Source of the DNA: Pseudomonadota bacterium
Lineage (GTDB): Bacteria; UBA10199; 2-02-FULL-44-16; JAAZCA01
Length of the DNA stretch: 64,000 nt
Direction of reading: 5' to 3'
Assembly (NCBI GenBank): GCA_043798915.1
Contig: JAZDOG010000089.1
Coordinates: 33,158 to 97,157 of the forward strand
Made by a program: the position numbers and the translations under genes. Each line of letters opens with the position of its first letter. Within the stretch, counting starts at the first letter, position 1. Shown here in pieces: positions 7,803 to 18,100 of the stretch. The notes under the pieces were generated by a model. That model was not told the origin of the DNA and ran no database searches. It saw nothing but the letters and a program-made list of their open reading frames with translations.

Positions 7803-10397
7803 ATGAAGGCACATGAAATCCGGGAGGCATTTCTCTCCTATTTTGAAAAAAACGGCCACACGCGCGTGAGGAGCAGCTCGCTCGTTCCCGCAAACGATTC
7901 CACCCTCTTCTTCACGAACGCGGGCATGGTCCAGTTCAAGGAGACCTTCATCGGCGAGGAGAATCGTCCGTATAACCGCGCCTGCTCGTCGCAGAAGTGC
8001 ATGCGCGTCTCCGGCAAGCACAACGACCTGGAAAACGTCGGCCACACTCCGCGACATCACACGTTTTTCGAGATGCTCGGCAACTTCAGCTTCGGCGATT
8101 ATTTCAAGAAAGAGGCGATCGCCTTCGGCTGGGAGTTCCTGACCAAAGAGATGAAGCTCGATCCGAAGAGGATGTGCGTCACGGTCTTCCGCGAGGACGA
8201 CGAGGCGGAAAAGCTCTGGCTCGCGCACGTGCCGAAGGAAAAGATATTCCGGCTGGATGAGAAGGACAACTTCTGGTCTATGGGCGACACGGGGCCCTGC
8301 GGCCCCTGCTCCGAGATCGCATGGGACTTTGGCTCCGGGGCAGTGAAGAAGGAGGACCTCGAATCAGATCGCTTCATGGAGATATGGAACCTGGTCTTCA
8401 TGCAGTACAACCGCAGTGCAGACGGCACGATGACGAATCTCAAGGCGCCGTCGATCGACACCGGCATGGGGCTCGAGAGGCTCTCCGCGATCATGCAGGG
8501 CGTGAAATCGAACTGGGAGACCGACCTCTTTATCCCGATCATCGACGGCGTGTCAAAGATCACAGGCGTGAAGGCCGGCCAATCCCCGGAAGTGGATATC
8601 GCGCTCAGGGCCATCGCGGATCACATCCGCGGCTGCGTCTTCCTGATGGGCGATGGTGTGATGCCTTCCAACGAGGGGCGCGGATACGTTCTGCGCAGGA
8701 TCATGCGGCGCGCCATCCGCTACGGCAAACGCCTCGGCAGAGACGAGCCGTTCCTCGCCGGGCTTGTGCCGACCGTCGTTGAGGAGATGGGCAGAGCGTA
8801 TCCTGAAATTGCGACGCACGAGCGCTTCATCACGAAGGCCGTCTCGGCGGAGGAAGAGCGCTTCTACGCCACACTCGACCGCGGCCTCGAGCTCCTGGAG
8901 CAGGAGATGAAACGCGCAGGGGCGAAGAAAATGATCGCAGGGGATATCGCCTTCAAACTCTATGACACCTTCGGATTTCCACTCGATGTGACGCAGATCA
9001 TCGCCGCAGAAAAGAACTTCTCCGTCGATGAGGCCGGCTTCGCCGCCCTCATGGAGAAGCAGCGCGAGCGGGCGCGCGCCAGCTGGAAGGGATCGGGCGA
9101 GGAATCCGTCGCGTCGATCTACAAAGAGCTGGCGGCAAATGGCATCAAGACGAAATTCGTGGGCTACACAGAGGAGAGCTCGGAGGCGAAAGTCCTGGCG
9201 ATCATCAAGGATGGCAAGCGCGCCAGGGACGCCGATCAGGGGGAAGAGATCAGCTTCGTCGCCGACGCCACGCCTTTCTATGGCGAATCCGGCGGGCAGA
9301 CGGGGGACACCGGCCTCGCGGCAGCGGAAGGGCTGGAGGTCGAGATCACCGATACCAGGCGCCCCATGTCCGACATCATCGTCCACACAGGCAAGGTGAA
9401 GACCGGAAGACTCGCCGAGGGCGCAACAATCACGCTCGCCATAGACATGGAACGCCGCCAGCAGACGCGCTGCAACCACACGGCCGCGCACCTTCTGCAC
9501 AAGGCGCTGCGCGAAGTGCTGGGAGAACATGTGAAACAGGCCGGGTCGCTGGTCGATCCCAGGCATCTGCGCTTCGATTTCTCACACTTCCAGGCGATGA
9601 CAGATGAAGAGCTTCGCGAAGTCGAGCACCACGTGAACGACGCGATACGCAGGAATTATCCTGTCACGACATACGAACTCGCCTACGACGAGGCTGTCGG
9701 AAAAGGCGCACTAGCCTTCTTTGGCGAAAAATACGGCGAGCGGGTGAGGATGATCGACGTCTCCGGATTCTCCCGCGAGCTGTGCGGCGGGACGCACGTC
9801 TCGGCCACCGGCGAGATAGGTATGATGAAGATCGTCGCGGAGTCCTCCGTCGCCGCGGGCGTGAGGAGGATCGAAGCGGTGACCGGCGTCGGCGCGGGAA
9901 AATACATCGAAGAGCTGGAGGGCAGGATTGCGGAGGTCGGCCGGATCGTCAGGGCGGCCCCTTCCGAGATCGCCGACAGGACGAGGAGGCTCGCGGATGA
10001 AGTCGCGCGGCTGGAGCGCGAGCTGAAGAAAGCTCGAAGCAATGCCGGCGGCGCCGTCAATCTCATGGGCGAGGTCCGCGATATCGGAGGGATCAAGGTG
10101 ATAACGGCGAAGGTCGATGCCCCGGATCGTGACACGCTTGGGGCATGGGCCGAGAAGTACCGCGACAAGCTCGGCAAAGGGGTCGTCGCACTGGCAAGCG
10201 TCATCGACGGCAAGGTCGCGCTCGTCGCGGCGGTCTCGAAGAATTTGACGCCGAAGGTCCACGCGGGGAAGATCGTGCAGGCGCTGTCGGAAGCGATCGG
10301 GGGCAAGGGCGGCGGCCGCCCGGATTTCGCTCAAGGCGGCGGCGCGGATATCGCGAAGATCGAAGAGGCGCTGAAGAAAATCGATGATCTGATATAG
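7803..10397 (+). CDS. alaS: Alanine--tRNA ligase.
   Basis: MKAHEIREAFLSYFEKNGH...FTNAGMVQFK class-II motif, then the C-terminal editing and DHHA1-like regions. True start taken as the ATG at 7803. Confidence 0.95.
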   Translation: MKAHEIREAFLSYFEKNGHTRVRSSSLVPANDSTLFFTNAGMVQFKETFIGEENRPYNRACSSQKCMRVSGKHNDLENVGHTPRHHTFFEMLGNFSFGDYFKKEAIAFGWEFLTKEMKLDPKRMCVTVFREDDEAEKLWLAHVPKEKIFRLDEKDNFWSMGDTGPCGPCSEIAWDFGSGAVKKEDLESDRFMEIWNLVFMQYNRSADGTMTNLKAPSIDTGMGLERLSAIMQGVKSNWETDLFIPIIDGVSKITGVKAGQSPEVDIALRAIADHIRGCVFLMGDGVMPSNEGRGYVLRRIMRRAIRYGKRLGRDEPFLAGLVPTVVEEMGRAYPEIATHERFITKAVSAEEERFYATLDRGLELLEQEMKRAGAKKMIAGDIAFKLYDTFGFPLDVTQIIAAEKNFSVDEAGFAALMEKQRERARASWKGSGEESVASIYKELAANGIKTKFVGYTEESSEAKVLAIIKDGKRARDADQGEEISFVADATPFYGESGGQTGDTGLAAAEGLEVEITDTRRPMSDIIVHTGKVKTGRLAEGATITLAIDMERRQQTRCNHTAAHLLHKALREVLGEHVKQAGSLVDPRHLRFDFSHFQAMTDEELREVEHHVNDAIRRNYPVTTYELAYDEAVGKGALAFFGEKYGERVRMIDVSGFSRELCGGTHVSATGEIGMMKIVAESSVAAGVRRIEAVTGVGAGKYIEELEGRIAEVGRIVRAAPSEIADRTRRLADEVARLERELKKARSNAGGAVNLMGEVRDIGGIKVITAKVDAPDRDTLGAWAEKYRDKLGKGVVALASVIDGKVALVAAVSKNLTPKVHAGKIVQALSEAIGGKGGGRPDFAQGGGADIAKIEEALKKIDDLI

Positions 10398-10411
10398 AGG
10401 AGAATACGGAT

Positions 10412-10969
10412 ATGGTTCAGGCAAACAGGCTGAGATCGGGTTCGGTCATAATGTACAAGGGCGATCTCTGCCGCGTCCTCTCCGTCACGCACCTGACGCC
10501 GGGCAACCTGCGCGCGATGGTCCAGGCCAAGGTGCGCAACATAAAGAGCGGCGTGCAGTTCGAGCAGCGCTTCCGCGCCACGGAGGACGTCGAGGCGGCA
10601 TTCCTGGAGAAGCACTATATGGAATATCTCTACGACGACGGCAGCCGCTATCATCTCATGAACTGCGAGACATATGAGCAGATCGAGATGGACCGCGACA
10701 TGATGGGCGACGCGATCCACTATCTCCTTCCCAACACGAAGGTCGAGGTGACCTTCTACGAGGGCCAGCCGATCGGCGTGGAGCTCCCCTCCACCGTCGA
10801 CCTCAAGGTGATCGAGGCGGAACCATCCGTCAAAAAGCAGACCGCGTCCTCCTCGTACAAGAAGTGCACGGTCGAAACGGGCATGGTCGTCATGGTCCCG
10901 CCTTTCGTCGAGGCCGGGGACAAGATAAGGATCAGCACGGAGACAGGGGAGTATCTCGAAAGGGCCTGA
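10412..10969 (+). CDS. efp: Translation elongation factor P.
   Basis: 185 aa, with the KPGKG-like loop region (here 'KSGVQFEQRF') and three OB-domain architecture. Sits in the canonical position after alaS. Confidence 0.9.
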   Translation: MVQANRLRSGSVIMYKGDLCRVLSVTHLTPGNLRAMVQAKVRNIKSGVQFEQRFRATEDVEAAFLEKHYMEYLYDDGSRYHLMNCETYEQIEMDRDMMGDAIHYLLPNTKVEVTFYEGQPIGVELPSTVDLKVIEAEPSVKKQTASSSYKKCTVETGMVVMVPPFVEAGDKIRISTETGEYLERA

Positions 10970-10976
10970 CCTTCAC

Positions 10977-13397
10977 ATGCGATACACCAAAATAATATAT
11001 TCACTCGCCATCCCGATCGTCCTCGCCTCGCTCGTCCTCTTTGCGGTCAGCATCCACTTCGTGGCCAAGCTCTCCGTCAAGAGCAACTTCAAGGAGATGC
11101 TGCCGCAGCACGCGCCAAGCGTCATTGAGCTGGGCCGCATCGAGAAGCGGGTGCGCAGCACCGACAACCTGATTATCCTCGTGGGCAACTCCGACTGGCC
11201 CACGATCCGCGCCTTCGTCGACAACCTGGTGGAAAAAATCCGCACCGATTTCAAGGGCGACGTCGGCAGGATCGAATACGACGTGACGAAGGTGAAGAAT
11301 TACTACGACCACAACAAATACCTTTACATCGACCTGGAGGATTTGAAGGAGCTCTACACGAGGCTCAAGACCCGGATCGACTGGGAGAAACTCAAGAAGA
11401 CGCCGCTCTTCGTCCAGATAGACGAGGAGGAGCCGACCTTTGACAGCAAGGACATCGAGAACAAGTACAGTTCGAAGACCGGCCGTTACCAGAACTATCA
11501 GGATGGATACTTCACGGACCAGGCCGCCGACCTCGCCGCAATCATCGTCTGGCCCAGGGAGCCCGCGACCAACGTCGAGTTCTCGAAGAAATTCATCGAG
11601 CGCATGAGCGAGACCATCAAAGCCACGCCCGGTTACGGGCCGGATATAAAATTCGCTTTTGCCGGCCGCATCCAGAAGATGATCACCGAGTACAGCGCGA
11701 TCATAGGCGACATACTCACGACGACGCTCCTGTGTTTCGTCCTGGTGGGCGCGGTCGTCTTCTTCTATTACAAAAGGGTGCGCATGTGCATCCTGATGCT
11801 CATCAACGTGGCCCAAGGTGTGCTCATGGCGCTGGCGTTCGCCTATTTCGCCATCGGGCACCTTACAAGCCAGACCGCATTCCTCGGATCGATCATCGTC
11901 GGAAACGGCATCAACTTCAGCCTGATCCTCATGGCGCGGTACCTCGAGGAACGCCGGGGCGGTTCTCCGGTGCAGGGCGCCCTCTCGGTCGCGCTGGCCC
12001 GGACGTGGAAGCCGACCTTCGTAGCGGCGATCGTCACAAGCGCGTCGTTCGGGGCACTCGTCGTCACCCACGTGCGGGGGATCAGCCAGTTCGGCGTGAT
12101 AGGCGGCATAGGCATGATCCTCTGCTGGATATGCACCTACACGGTGCTGCCGGCCTGGCTCTGCGTCTTCGAAAGGGTATGGGAGACGAAGGTCCCGCCG
12201 CACACGACATCGACCGCGATGGAGAGATTCGCCGCCTTCATCGTCGCCAGGCCCTGGAAGATATTGAAAGTGACGGCGGCCCTGACTGTCGCATGTGCCG
12301 CGCTCATCGCCTGGTATATGCCGAGATCGCTCGAATACGATTTCTCCCGCCTCTCCTTCAAGGCCCCGAAGGCCACGAACAGCTGGGAGGAGAAGGCGGG
12401 CGACAAGATGGACGAAATATTCGGGCAGTCCACCTCCCCTTCCGTCGTCGTGCTGGACAGGACCGATCAGGGGATGTCCTACTGCGACGCGGTCCTGGCG
12501 AAGGATCCCGGAAAAAAATACGTCGAGAGCTGCAAGACGATCTTCTCCTTCGTCCCGACAGAGCAGCAGGAAAAGCTCTCTATCCTGGCGGATATGCGCA
12601 ATCTCCTCTCCGGCTCGACGCTCAAGTTCTTGAACGAGGAGCAGCTCAAGGAGGTCAACAAGTTCAGGGATAGCTTCGACCTCAGAGAGCTCACGCTCGC
12701 GGATGTCCCGCGCGAGATAATCGAGTCGTTCGCCGACATCGACGGCAAGGAAGGCATCCTGGCTTTCGTCTATCCCAAGGCCGATCTGTGGAACGGCAAG
12801 GAGCTGGAAATATTCGCCGACATAATCCGCGAGGTGAAACTCCCCAATGGCGAGGTCGTCCGCGCATCCGGCCAGCCGGTGATACTCTCCGATCTGCTCA
12901 ATGCGGTGGTGAAGGAGGGGCCAAGGGTCACGCTCCTCTCCTTCTGCCTTGTCCTCGCCCTCATATGGGCCAGCTTTCTGCGCTGGAAGTCTGTCTCGAC
13001 GATCCAGATGTCCCTCATCACGGGCGTCGTCTGGCTCGTGGGCTGCATGGCGATCATGGGGATCAAGCTCAACTTCTTGAACTTCGTCGCGCTCCCCATC
13101 ACCTTCGGCATCGGCGTGGATTATGCGGTCAACATCTACCAGCGCTACAGGGTCGATGGGCCCGGGAGCATCTCGCAGGTCATCGGCAGGACCGGCGGCG
13201 CGGTGATCCTCTGTTCGCTCACGACGATCATCGGCTACTCCGTTCTCCTGATGTCCCGCAGCCGCGCACTCGTTTCCTTCGGCATGGTGGCCCTCCTGGG
13301 CGAGGTCACCTGTCTCAGCGCAGCGCTCATCTCTCTGCCAGCCTTCATCATATGGCGGGAGAAAAGGGAGGCCGCGAAGCAAAAGTGGAACCCCTGA
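10977..13397 (+). CDS. MMPL/RND-superfamily exporter: two 6-TM bundles with large extracytoplasmic loops (HpnN/MmpL-like).
   Basis: Two hydrophobic blocks (about 230-420 and about 640-790) with the duplicated RND topology. Starts 7 bp after efp. The 793-aa antisense ORF is rejected. Confidence 0.75.
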   Translation: MRYTKIIYSLAIPIVLASLVLFAVSIHFVAKLSVKSNFKEMLPQHAPSVIELGRIEKRVRSTDNLIILVGNSDWPTIRAFVDNLVEKIRTDFKGDVGRIEYDVTKVKNYYDHNKYLYIDLEDLKELYTRLKTRIDWEKLKKTPLFVQIDEEEPTFDSKDIENKYSSKTGRYQNYQDGYFTDQAADLAAIIVWPREPATNVEFSKKFIERMSETIKATPGYGPDIKFAFAGRIQKMITEYSAIIGDILTTTLLCFVLVGAVVFFYYKRVRMCILMLINVAQGVLMALAFAYFAIGHLTSQTAFLGSIIVGNGINFSLILMARYLEERRGGSPVQGALSVALARTWKPTFVAAIVTSASFGALVVTHVRGISQFGVIGGIGMILCWICTYTVLPAWLCVFERVWETKVPPHTTSTAMERFAAFIVARPWKILKVTAALTVACAALIAWYMPRSLEYDFSRLSFKAPKATNSWEEKAGDKMDEIFGQSTSPSVVVLDRTDQGMSYCDAVLAKDPGKKYVESCKTIFSFVPTEQQEKLSILADMRNLLSGSTLKFLNEEQLKEVNKFRDSFDLRELTLADVPREIIESFADIDGKEGILAFVYPKADLWNGKELEIFADIIREVKLPNGEVVRASGQPVILSDLLNAVVKEGPRVTLLSFCLVLALIWASFLRWKSVSTIQMSLITGVVWLVGCMAIMGIKLNFLNFVALPITFGIGVDYAVNIYQRYRVDGPGSISQVIGRTGGAVILCSLTTIIGYSVLLMSRSRALVSFGMVALLGEVTCLSAALISLPAFIIWREKREAAKQKWNP

Positions 13398-13535
13398 CCT
13401 TCGTCCTGCTTTCTCTCGCCGGCCTCGCGGCGGGTCTCTCGGCAGCCATTACGCGATGAAACACGGCGCCGCGCTCATCCATAAGCTCGTCTTCGTCTCG
13501 CTTGGACTCTTGTTCGCTTATCTTGTGTGGAAGTA

Positions 13536-14783
13536 TTATTGACCGCTCAGAATACGGTAGGTTATTGCAACGACTCCAATGATCGAGAGGATGAGGAGCG
13601 TTCCATAAAAAGCTGCGGTGACCCACTTGAATCTGCCTGGCCGTTTGAGATTGCCCCATCGCCACCACGGGATGAACTGATAAGGGAGATCATCGGCCGG
13701 GCCGTCGTCGCCAAAACCGCCGTGCCTGGCCCTCAAGCCCTTCGCCTTCTGGCTCAAGTGCGCCGCAAGCGGCAGCCCCAGCGCCTCGGCCGCCATCGCC
13801 TCCGCTCGACCGCCCACGAACTTGCCCTGCATCGGGAGCATCGCCGCGGCGAACCGGCGCCCGCGCGAGACGGCCAGAGCGAGATACATCAGCTCCTCGC
13901 CCGAAAGTTTTCCCAGCATGCCTTTGTCGAATGCGTCACCCGGCAACAGCCCTTTGAGCTTCGCCAGCGCCTCAGCGAGAATTGAAAAGCGGACAAACTT
14001 CTCGGCGCGCCCGTTCTCAAGCCGCATGTCGCTTATGACTATCCCTTTTTCGCCCTTGGATATGAGGCCGCGGAGGAGAAAATCGCGGATGTCGGAGAGC
14101 AGCACTTTCTTCTGCACAGTGCGGTCAAAAAACATCTTGAAGAATTCGCGCCACTGGGCCGCGCTCTTCTCGAGAAATTTGGGTTTTCCGTCGGGGCTCT
14201 CGCTGGCTACCTGCCTGCCGCCCTCGAAGCGCTCGAGGACCATCCGCTCGAACGCGGACATCATCCTCTCGACCCGCTCGCCGGCCGCCTCCGCATCGAG
14301 GCCTCCCCTTCCCGCGCCGCGATCGCCAAGATAGTTCTCATAGGTGCGCTCGCGATGTTTTATCAGCCGCCCGTCCTTGAGATGCATCTCACCTGCCGCA
14401 TCTCGCCCCTTCCCGTCCGTCTTTTTGTCGTCCGCACCCTTCTTCGCGGCCTCGCGCTGCGCTTCCTGCGGCTTGCCATGCTCCGGTCCCTCGCGGCGGT
14501 CGGACACGACGCGGTCGGTCCCAGGCAGTCGGAACTGTTGGAAGGCCGTGCTGGCATCCAGCTTCTTCGCCACCGCCTGCAGAAACTGCGGGAGCTGTTT
14601 GGCAACTTCGAATGGCTGCTGCTTGAAGGCCTCAGCCACCTGCTGCTCCGCCTCCTGGATCTGCATCTGACCCTGCTCCACGAGCTGGGTGATCTGCGCG
14701 ACGCGCTCGCCGGGGTCAAACGGAGCCGTTACAGATTTTACCGACCCATCAGGCGGCTGATCTGGAAATCCTCCTGCAAACAT
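13536..14783 (-). CDS. Hypothetical protein with a C-terminal tail-anchor TM helix and a charged coiled-coil N-terminal region.
   Basis: Long ORF with a C-terminal hydrophobic segment VTAAFYGTLLILSIIGVVAITY. No domain recognised. The N-terminal start is uncertain. Confidence 0.4.
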   Translation of the reverse strand: MFAGGFPDQPPDGSVKSVTAPFDPGERVAQITQLVEQGQMQIQEAEQQVAEAFKQQPFEVAKQLPQFLQAVAKKLDASTAFQQFRLPGTDRVVSDRREGPEHGKPQEAQREAAKKGADDKKTDGKGRDAAGEMHLKDGRLIKHRERTYENYLGDRGAGRGGLDAEAAGERVERMMSAFERMVLERFEGGRQVASESPDGKPKFLEKSAAQWREFFKMFFDRTVQKKVLLSDIRDFLLRGLISKGEKGIVISDMRLENGRAEKFVRFSILAEALAKLKGLLPGDAFDKGMLGKLSGEELMYLALAVSRGRRFAAAMLPMQGKFVGGRAEAMAAEALGLPLAAHLSQKAKGLRARHGGFGDDGPADDLPYQFIPWWRWGNLKRPGRFKWVTAAFYGTLLILSIIGVVAITYRILSGQ

Positions 14784-15051
14784 TCCGATTTTCCTCCAAA
14801 TTTATTTTTTGATTATAAACTTTTACGAAAAAAGGACAACAACTTACAAACCGCTTCGACGGAAGACGCCAGCCCCTTCCCTATTATCGGCACAACCACA
14901 CCCGAAAGTTGCCCGAGAAAAAATCCGGCGTTCCGTCAAAAAAATGCCGTTTACGGTAAATAAATACCCATCCATCCATTTTTCAGGCTTTTGTAGAATT
15001 ATAACTTATTGATATATCACGCCTTTTTATGGCGGCGAACGCGCATCGCGT

Positions 15052-15067
15052 TGGCACGCATTTTGCT
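15052..15067 (+). promoter_or_regulatory. Consensus sigma-54 (-24/-12) promoter TGGCAC-gcatt-TTGCT.
   Basis: Exact match to TGGCAC-N5-TTGCW at 15052-15067. The downstream ORF begins at 15107 with RBS AGGAGAGG...GGGGG. Confidence 0.5.
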
Positions 15068-15106
15068 TAATATAAAGACAGGAGAGGCAGGAAGGGGGCT
15101 TCGAGT

Positions 15107-15328
15107 ATGATACGGGCGAGGGCAATGGCGGACAGCAGGCCATTCTGGTGGGTCATCGTCGCAGCAGCGCTGTGCACGATTGCCCTGTCGATCTCGCCGC
15201 TCTTCCGCGGCCTGACCAAAGGAACGAGCGCCGCAACGAGCGGGATATCCGCCGTCTCATCGTCCGTAGTCGCGACAACCGATTCGCGCGAGGACGACTC
15301 CGAAGAATCCGACACAGAATACGCGTAG
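15107..15328 (+). CDS. Small (73-aa) membrane protein with an acidic Ser/Asp/Glu-rich C-terminal tail; apparently sigma-54 dependent.
   Basis: TM helix FWWVIVAAALCTIALSISPLF. Lies downstream of the consensus sigma-54 promoter. The competing minus-strand ORF 15067-15342 is rejected. Confidence 0.35.
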   Translation: MIRARAMADSRPFWWVIVAAALCTIALSISPLFRGLTKGTSAATSGISAVSSSVVATTDSREDDSEESDTEYA

Positions 15329-15331
15329 CCA

Positions 15332-18049
15332 TCAGTGAGCATCGGACCAGGTGGGGCCTGTGCCTGCGGCTACTTCGAGCGGAACTTTGAGTTGAGCTGC
15401 GGAGACCATCTCTTTTATCGCAAACTCCTTCACGCCCTCGACTTCATCCTTCGGCGCCTCGAAGAGGAGTTCGTCGTGCACCTGGAGGATCATCCTCGCC
15501 CTCTTCGATATCTTCGGGAGCCCGGCGTGGATGGAGATCATCGCGCGCTTTATGATGTCGGCGGCGGTGCCCTGGAAGACGGTGTTGAAGGCCGCCCTCT
15601 CCGCGAACTGCGCGAGCTGCCCGTTGGTGCTCGTGATGTCGGGGACGAACCTGCGACGGCCGAAGAGCGTCTCCACCATCCCCTCTTTCTTCGCCCGCCC
15701 TATGACCTCGTCGCGGTATTTCGCAACGCCGGGATATTTTTTGAAGTAGTTGTCTATGTATTCGTTCGCCTCGCCCACGTCGATCCCCAGCTGGCGCGAG
15801 AGCCCGTAGGCCGTCTGCCCATAGATCGTGGCGAAGTTTACGGTCTTTCCCACCGCGCGCTGCTCGGAGGTGACGTCCTTCGGTTTGACGCCGAATATCC
15901 CCGATGCCGTGATCGCGTGGACGTCCTCGCTCTTTTTGAATGCCTCGGTGAGCGTGGCGTCGCCGGACATGTGGGCCAGGACGCGAAGCTCGATCTGAGA
16001 ATAGTCCGCGGAGAGAAGCACGAATCCATTCTCCGCCACGAACGCCTCGCGGATCTTTCGCCCCTCATCCCCGCGGTTCGGGATGTTCTGCAGATTGGGA
16101 TCCGACGATGAGAGTCGGCCGGTCGCCGTGACCGCCTGGTTGAACGACGTGTGGATCCGCCCGGTCTCCGGGTCGACGAGGAGCTGCAGCGCGTCCACGT
16201 ATGTGCCCTTGAGCTTGGAGAGCGACCTGTAGTCGATGACAAGCCGCGCGAGCTCGTTTTTTGATGCGAGCTCCTCGAGTATCTCCTGGTTCGTCGAGAA
16301 TCCTGTCTTCGTCTTCCTGGCGCCCGGGAGCTTCATCTTTCCGAAGAGGATATCGCCCAGCTGCCGCGGAGAGTTTATGTTGAAGGGTTCGCCGGCCAGA
16401 TCGTGAATTATCTTTTCAAGGGCGCCTATCCTCTTCGAGAAATCATCGGCGAGCGCGGCAAGCTTTCGCGAATCGACCCTCACGCCGGAGAACTGCATGT
16501 CGACCAGAACTTCCAGCAGCGGCATCTCCATGTCGTGAAGAAGCCCTGAGAGACCCTCTTTCTCTATCTCGCCCCCGAACTTTGCCGCCAGACGCAACGC
16601 CACATCCGCCCTCTCGCAGACGTAGTCGCGCGCGCTGGCAGGCTCCGCCTCGGCAATGCCTATCTCATCGCGGCCCTTGCCTATCACATCTTCAAGGCGA
16701 ACCATGCTTTGACTGAGAAATCTCTGCGCCAGCGCATCGATGCCATGATCGCGCGATGGATCGAGCAGATACGATGCGATCATCGTGTCGATCGCAATTC
16801 CTTCGACGGCCACGCCCATCCGCCGGAGCATGAGGAGCGCGCCGTTCAAGTCGTGCCCGATCTTGCGTATGGAGACATCGGCTAAGATTTTGCGCATGGC
16901 CTCCACAACTTCACCAAGGCCGACCTGACCTTTGATCAAACTGCTTCCCCCGAAGAGGTCGGCCGTCTCGCCCTTCTTTTCGGAAACGCCGGACACATGC
17001 CCGACCGGTATGTAGGCCGCCTCGCCCTGGCCCCAAGCGAGCGCGAAGCCGATCACATCGGCCCTCATGGGGTTTGGCAAAGACATCTCGAGGACAAACG
17101 AAAATGCGCCAGTCTTCCCCGCCTTCGCCAGCACATCATCGAGCGCTTTTCGATTTTCCACTAGGCGATACCCATCGCGCGCTATCGACCCTACAGGCGA
17201 GAGCTCTCCCAGGAGCTTTGTGAACTCGAACTCGCCGAAGAGCTCGCGCATCCTTTTGTCGTCTGGTTTCCTGAGGCGGAGATCAGACTCGCTCATCTCT
17301 ATCTTCACCCCTGTGTCGATCTTCACGAGCTCCAGCGAAAGCCGCGCCTGGGCGGCCTGTTTCTTGAGCTTATCGCCGAGCGACCCGCCGACCTCGTCGG
17401 CGTGCGCGATCGCATTCTCGACCGTGCCGTATTTCTGGATGAGCACCGTAGCCGTCTTGGGGCCCACACCGGATATGCCCGGCACATTGTCGGATGCGTC
17501 GCCGGAGAGCCCCAGCACCTCTACCACCTTATCAGGGCCCACGCCAAACCTGTCCTCGACCTGTTTGGGGCCTATTCGCAGCCCCTTCATCTCGTCGAGG
17601 ATCGAGATGTTCGGGCCCACGAGCTGCATGAGGTCCTTGTCGCCGGAGACGACGACGACCTCGCACCCCTTCGCCGCGTACTCCTTCGCGAGCGTGCCGA
17701 TCAGGTCGTCGGCCTCGAAGCCTGGCTTGTCGATGATCGGCAGGCCCAGCACCTCCGCTATCGGCCGCATGAAAGGAAACTGCTGGACGATCTCCTCCGG
17801 CGGGGCCTTCCGGTTGGCCTTGTATTCCTTGTACATCTCGTCGCGGAAGGTGGGCTCGGGTGTGTCGAAGCAGACGGCGACGAGGTCCGGTTTCTCCTCG
17901 CGCAAGAGCTTGAGGAGCATCTGGGCAAATCCATACAGCGCGCCGGTCGGAAACCCCTTCGAGTTCGACAGATTCCTGATGGCGTAGAACGCGCGGAAGA
18001 AATAATTCGCGCCGTCGATCAGATAGAGTTTTTGGGGTTTGTCAGCCAT
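15332..18049 (-). CDS. polA: DNA polymerase I (5'-3' exonuclease, 3'-5' exonuclease and polymerase domains).
   Basis: MADKPQKLYLIDGANYFFRAFYAI..., plus the polymerase motifs 'RRAAKTVNFATIYG' and 'LQVHDELLFE'. Confidence 0.95.
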   Translation of the reverse strand: MADKPQKLYLIDGANYFFRAFYAIRNLSNSKGFPTGALYGFAQMLLKLLREEKPDLVAVCFDTPEPTFRDEMYKEYKANRKAPPEEIVQQFPFMRPIAEVLGLPIIDKPGFEADDLIGTLAKEYAAKGCEVVVVSGDKDLMQLVGPNISILDEMKGLRIGPKQVEDRFGVGPDKVVEVLGLSGDASDNVPGISGVGPKTATVLIQKYGTVENAIAHADEVGGSLGDKLKKQAAQARLSLELVKIDTGVKIEMSESDLRLRKPDDKRMRELFGEFEFTKLLGELSPVGSIARDGYRLVENRKALDDVLAKAGKTGAFSFVLEMSLPNPMRADVIGFALAWGQGEAAYIPVGHVSGVSEKKGETADLFGGSSLIKGQVGLGEVVEAMRKILADVSIRKIGHDLNGALLMLRRMGVAVEGIAIDTMIASYLLDPSRDHGIDALAQRFLSQSMVRLEDVIGKGRDEIGIAEAEPASARDYVCERADVALRLAAKFGGEIEKEGLSGLLHDMEMPLLEVLVDMQFSGVRVDSRKLAALADDFSKRIGALEKIIHDLAGEPFNINSPRQLGDILFGKMKLPGARKTKTGFSTNQEILEELASKNELARLVIDYRSLSKLKGTYVDALQLLVDPETGRIHTSFNQAVTATGRLSSSDPNLQNIPNRGDEGRKIREAFVAENGFVLLSADYSQIELRVLAHMSGDATLTEAFKKSEDVHAITASGIFGVKPKDVTSEQRAVGKTVNFATIYGQTAYGLSRQLGIDVGEANEYIDNYFKKYPGVAKYRDEVIGRAKKEGMVETLFGRRRFVPDITSTNGQLAQFAERAAFNTVFQGTAADIIKRAMISIHAGLPKISKRARMILQVHDELLFEAPKDEVEGVKEFAIKEMVSAAQLKVPLEVAAGTGPTWSDAH

Positions 18050-18100
18050 AGATGATGCCTGGATATAGGGTCGGGCCGTAATAGTTTAACAACCGACATA

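Noticed and set aside
7650-8228. 192-aa minus-strand ORF overlapping the alaS 5' region
   Set aside because: Overlaps the well-supported alaS coding sequence on the opposite strand. No independent support.
11001-13382. 793-aa ORF antisense to the MMPL exporter gene
   Set aside because: Arg/Asp/Glu/Gly-rich low-complexity translation typical of antisense frames in GC-rich DNA. The sense-strand product has a coherent 12-TM RND/MMPL architecture and operon context (alaS-efp-MMPL).
13456-13542. 28-codon hydrophobic mini-ORF (MKHGAALIHKLVFVSLGLLFAYLVWKYY) after the MMPL gene
   Set aside because: No RBS, very short, sits in a convergent terminator region. Insufficient evidence.
15067-15342. 91-aa minus-strand ORF downstream of polA
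   Set aside because: Overlaps the polA stop in another frame. The plus-strand alternative has a consensus sigma-54 promoter and RBS, so the plus ORF is preferred (both remain low confidence).
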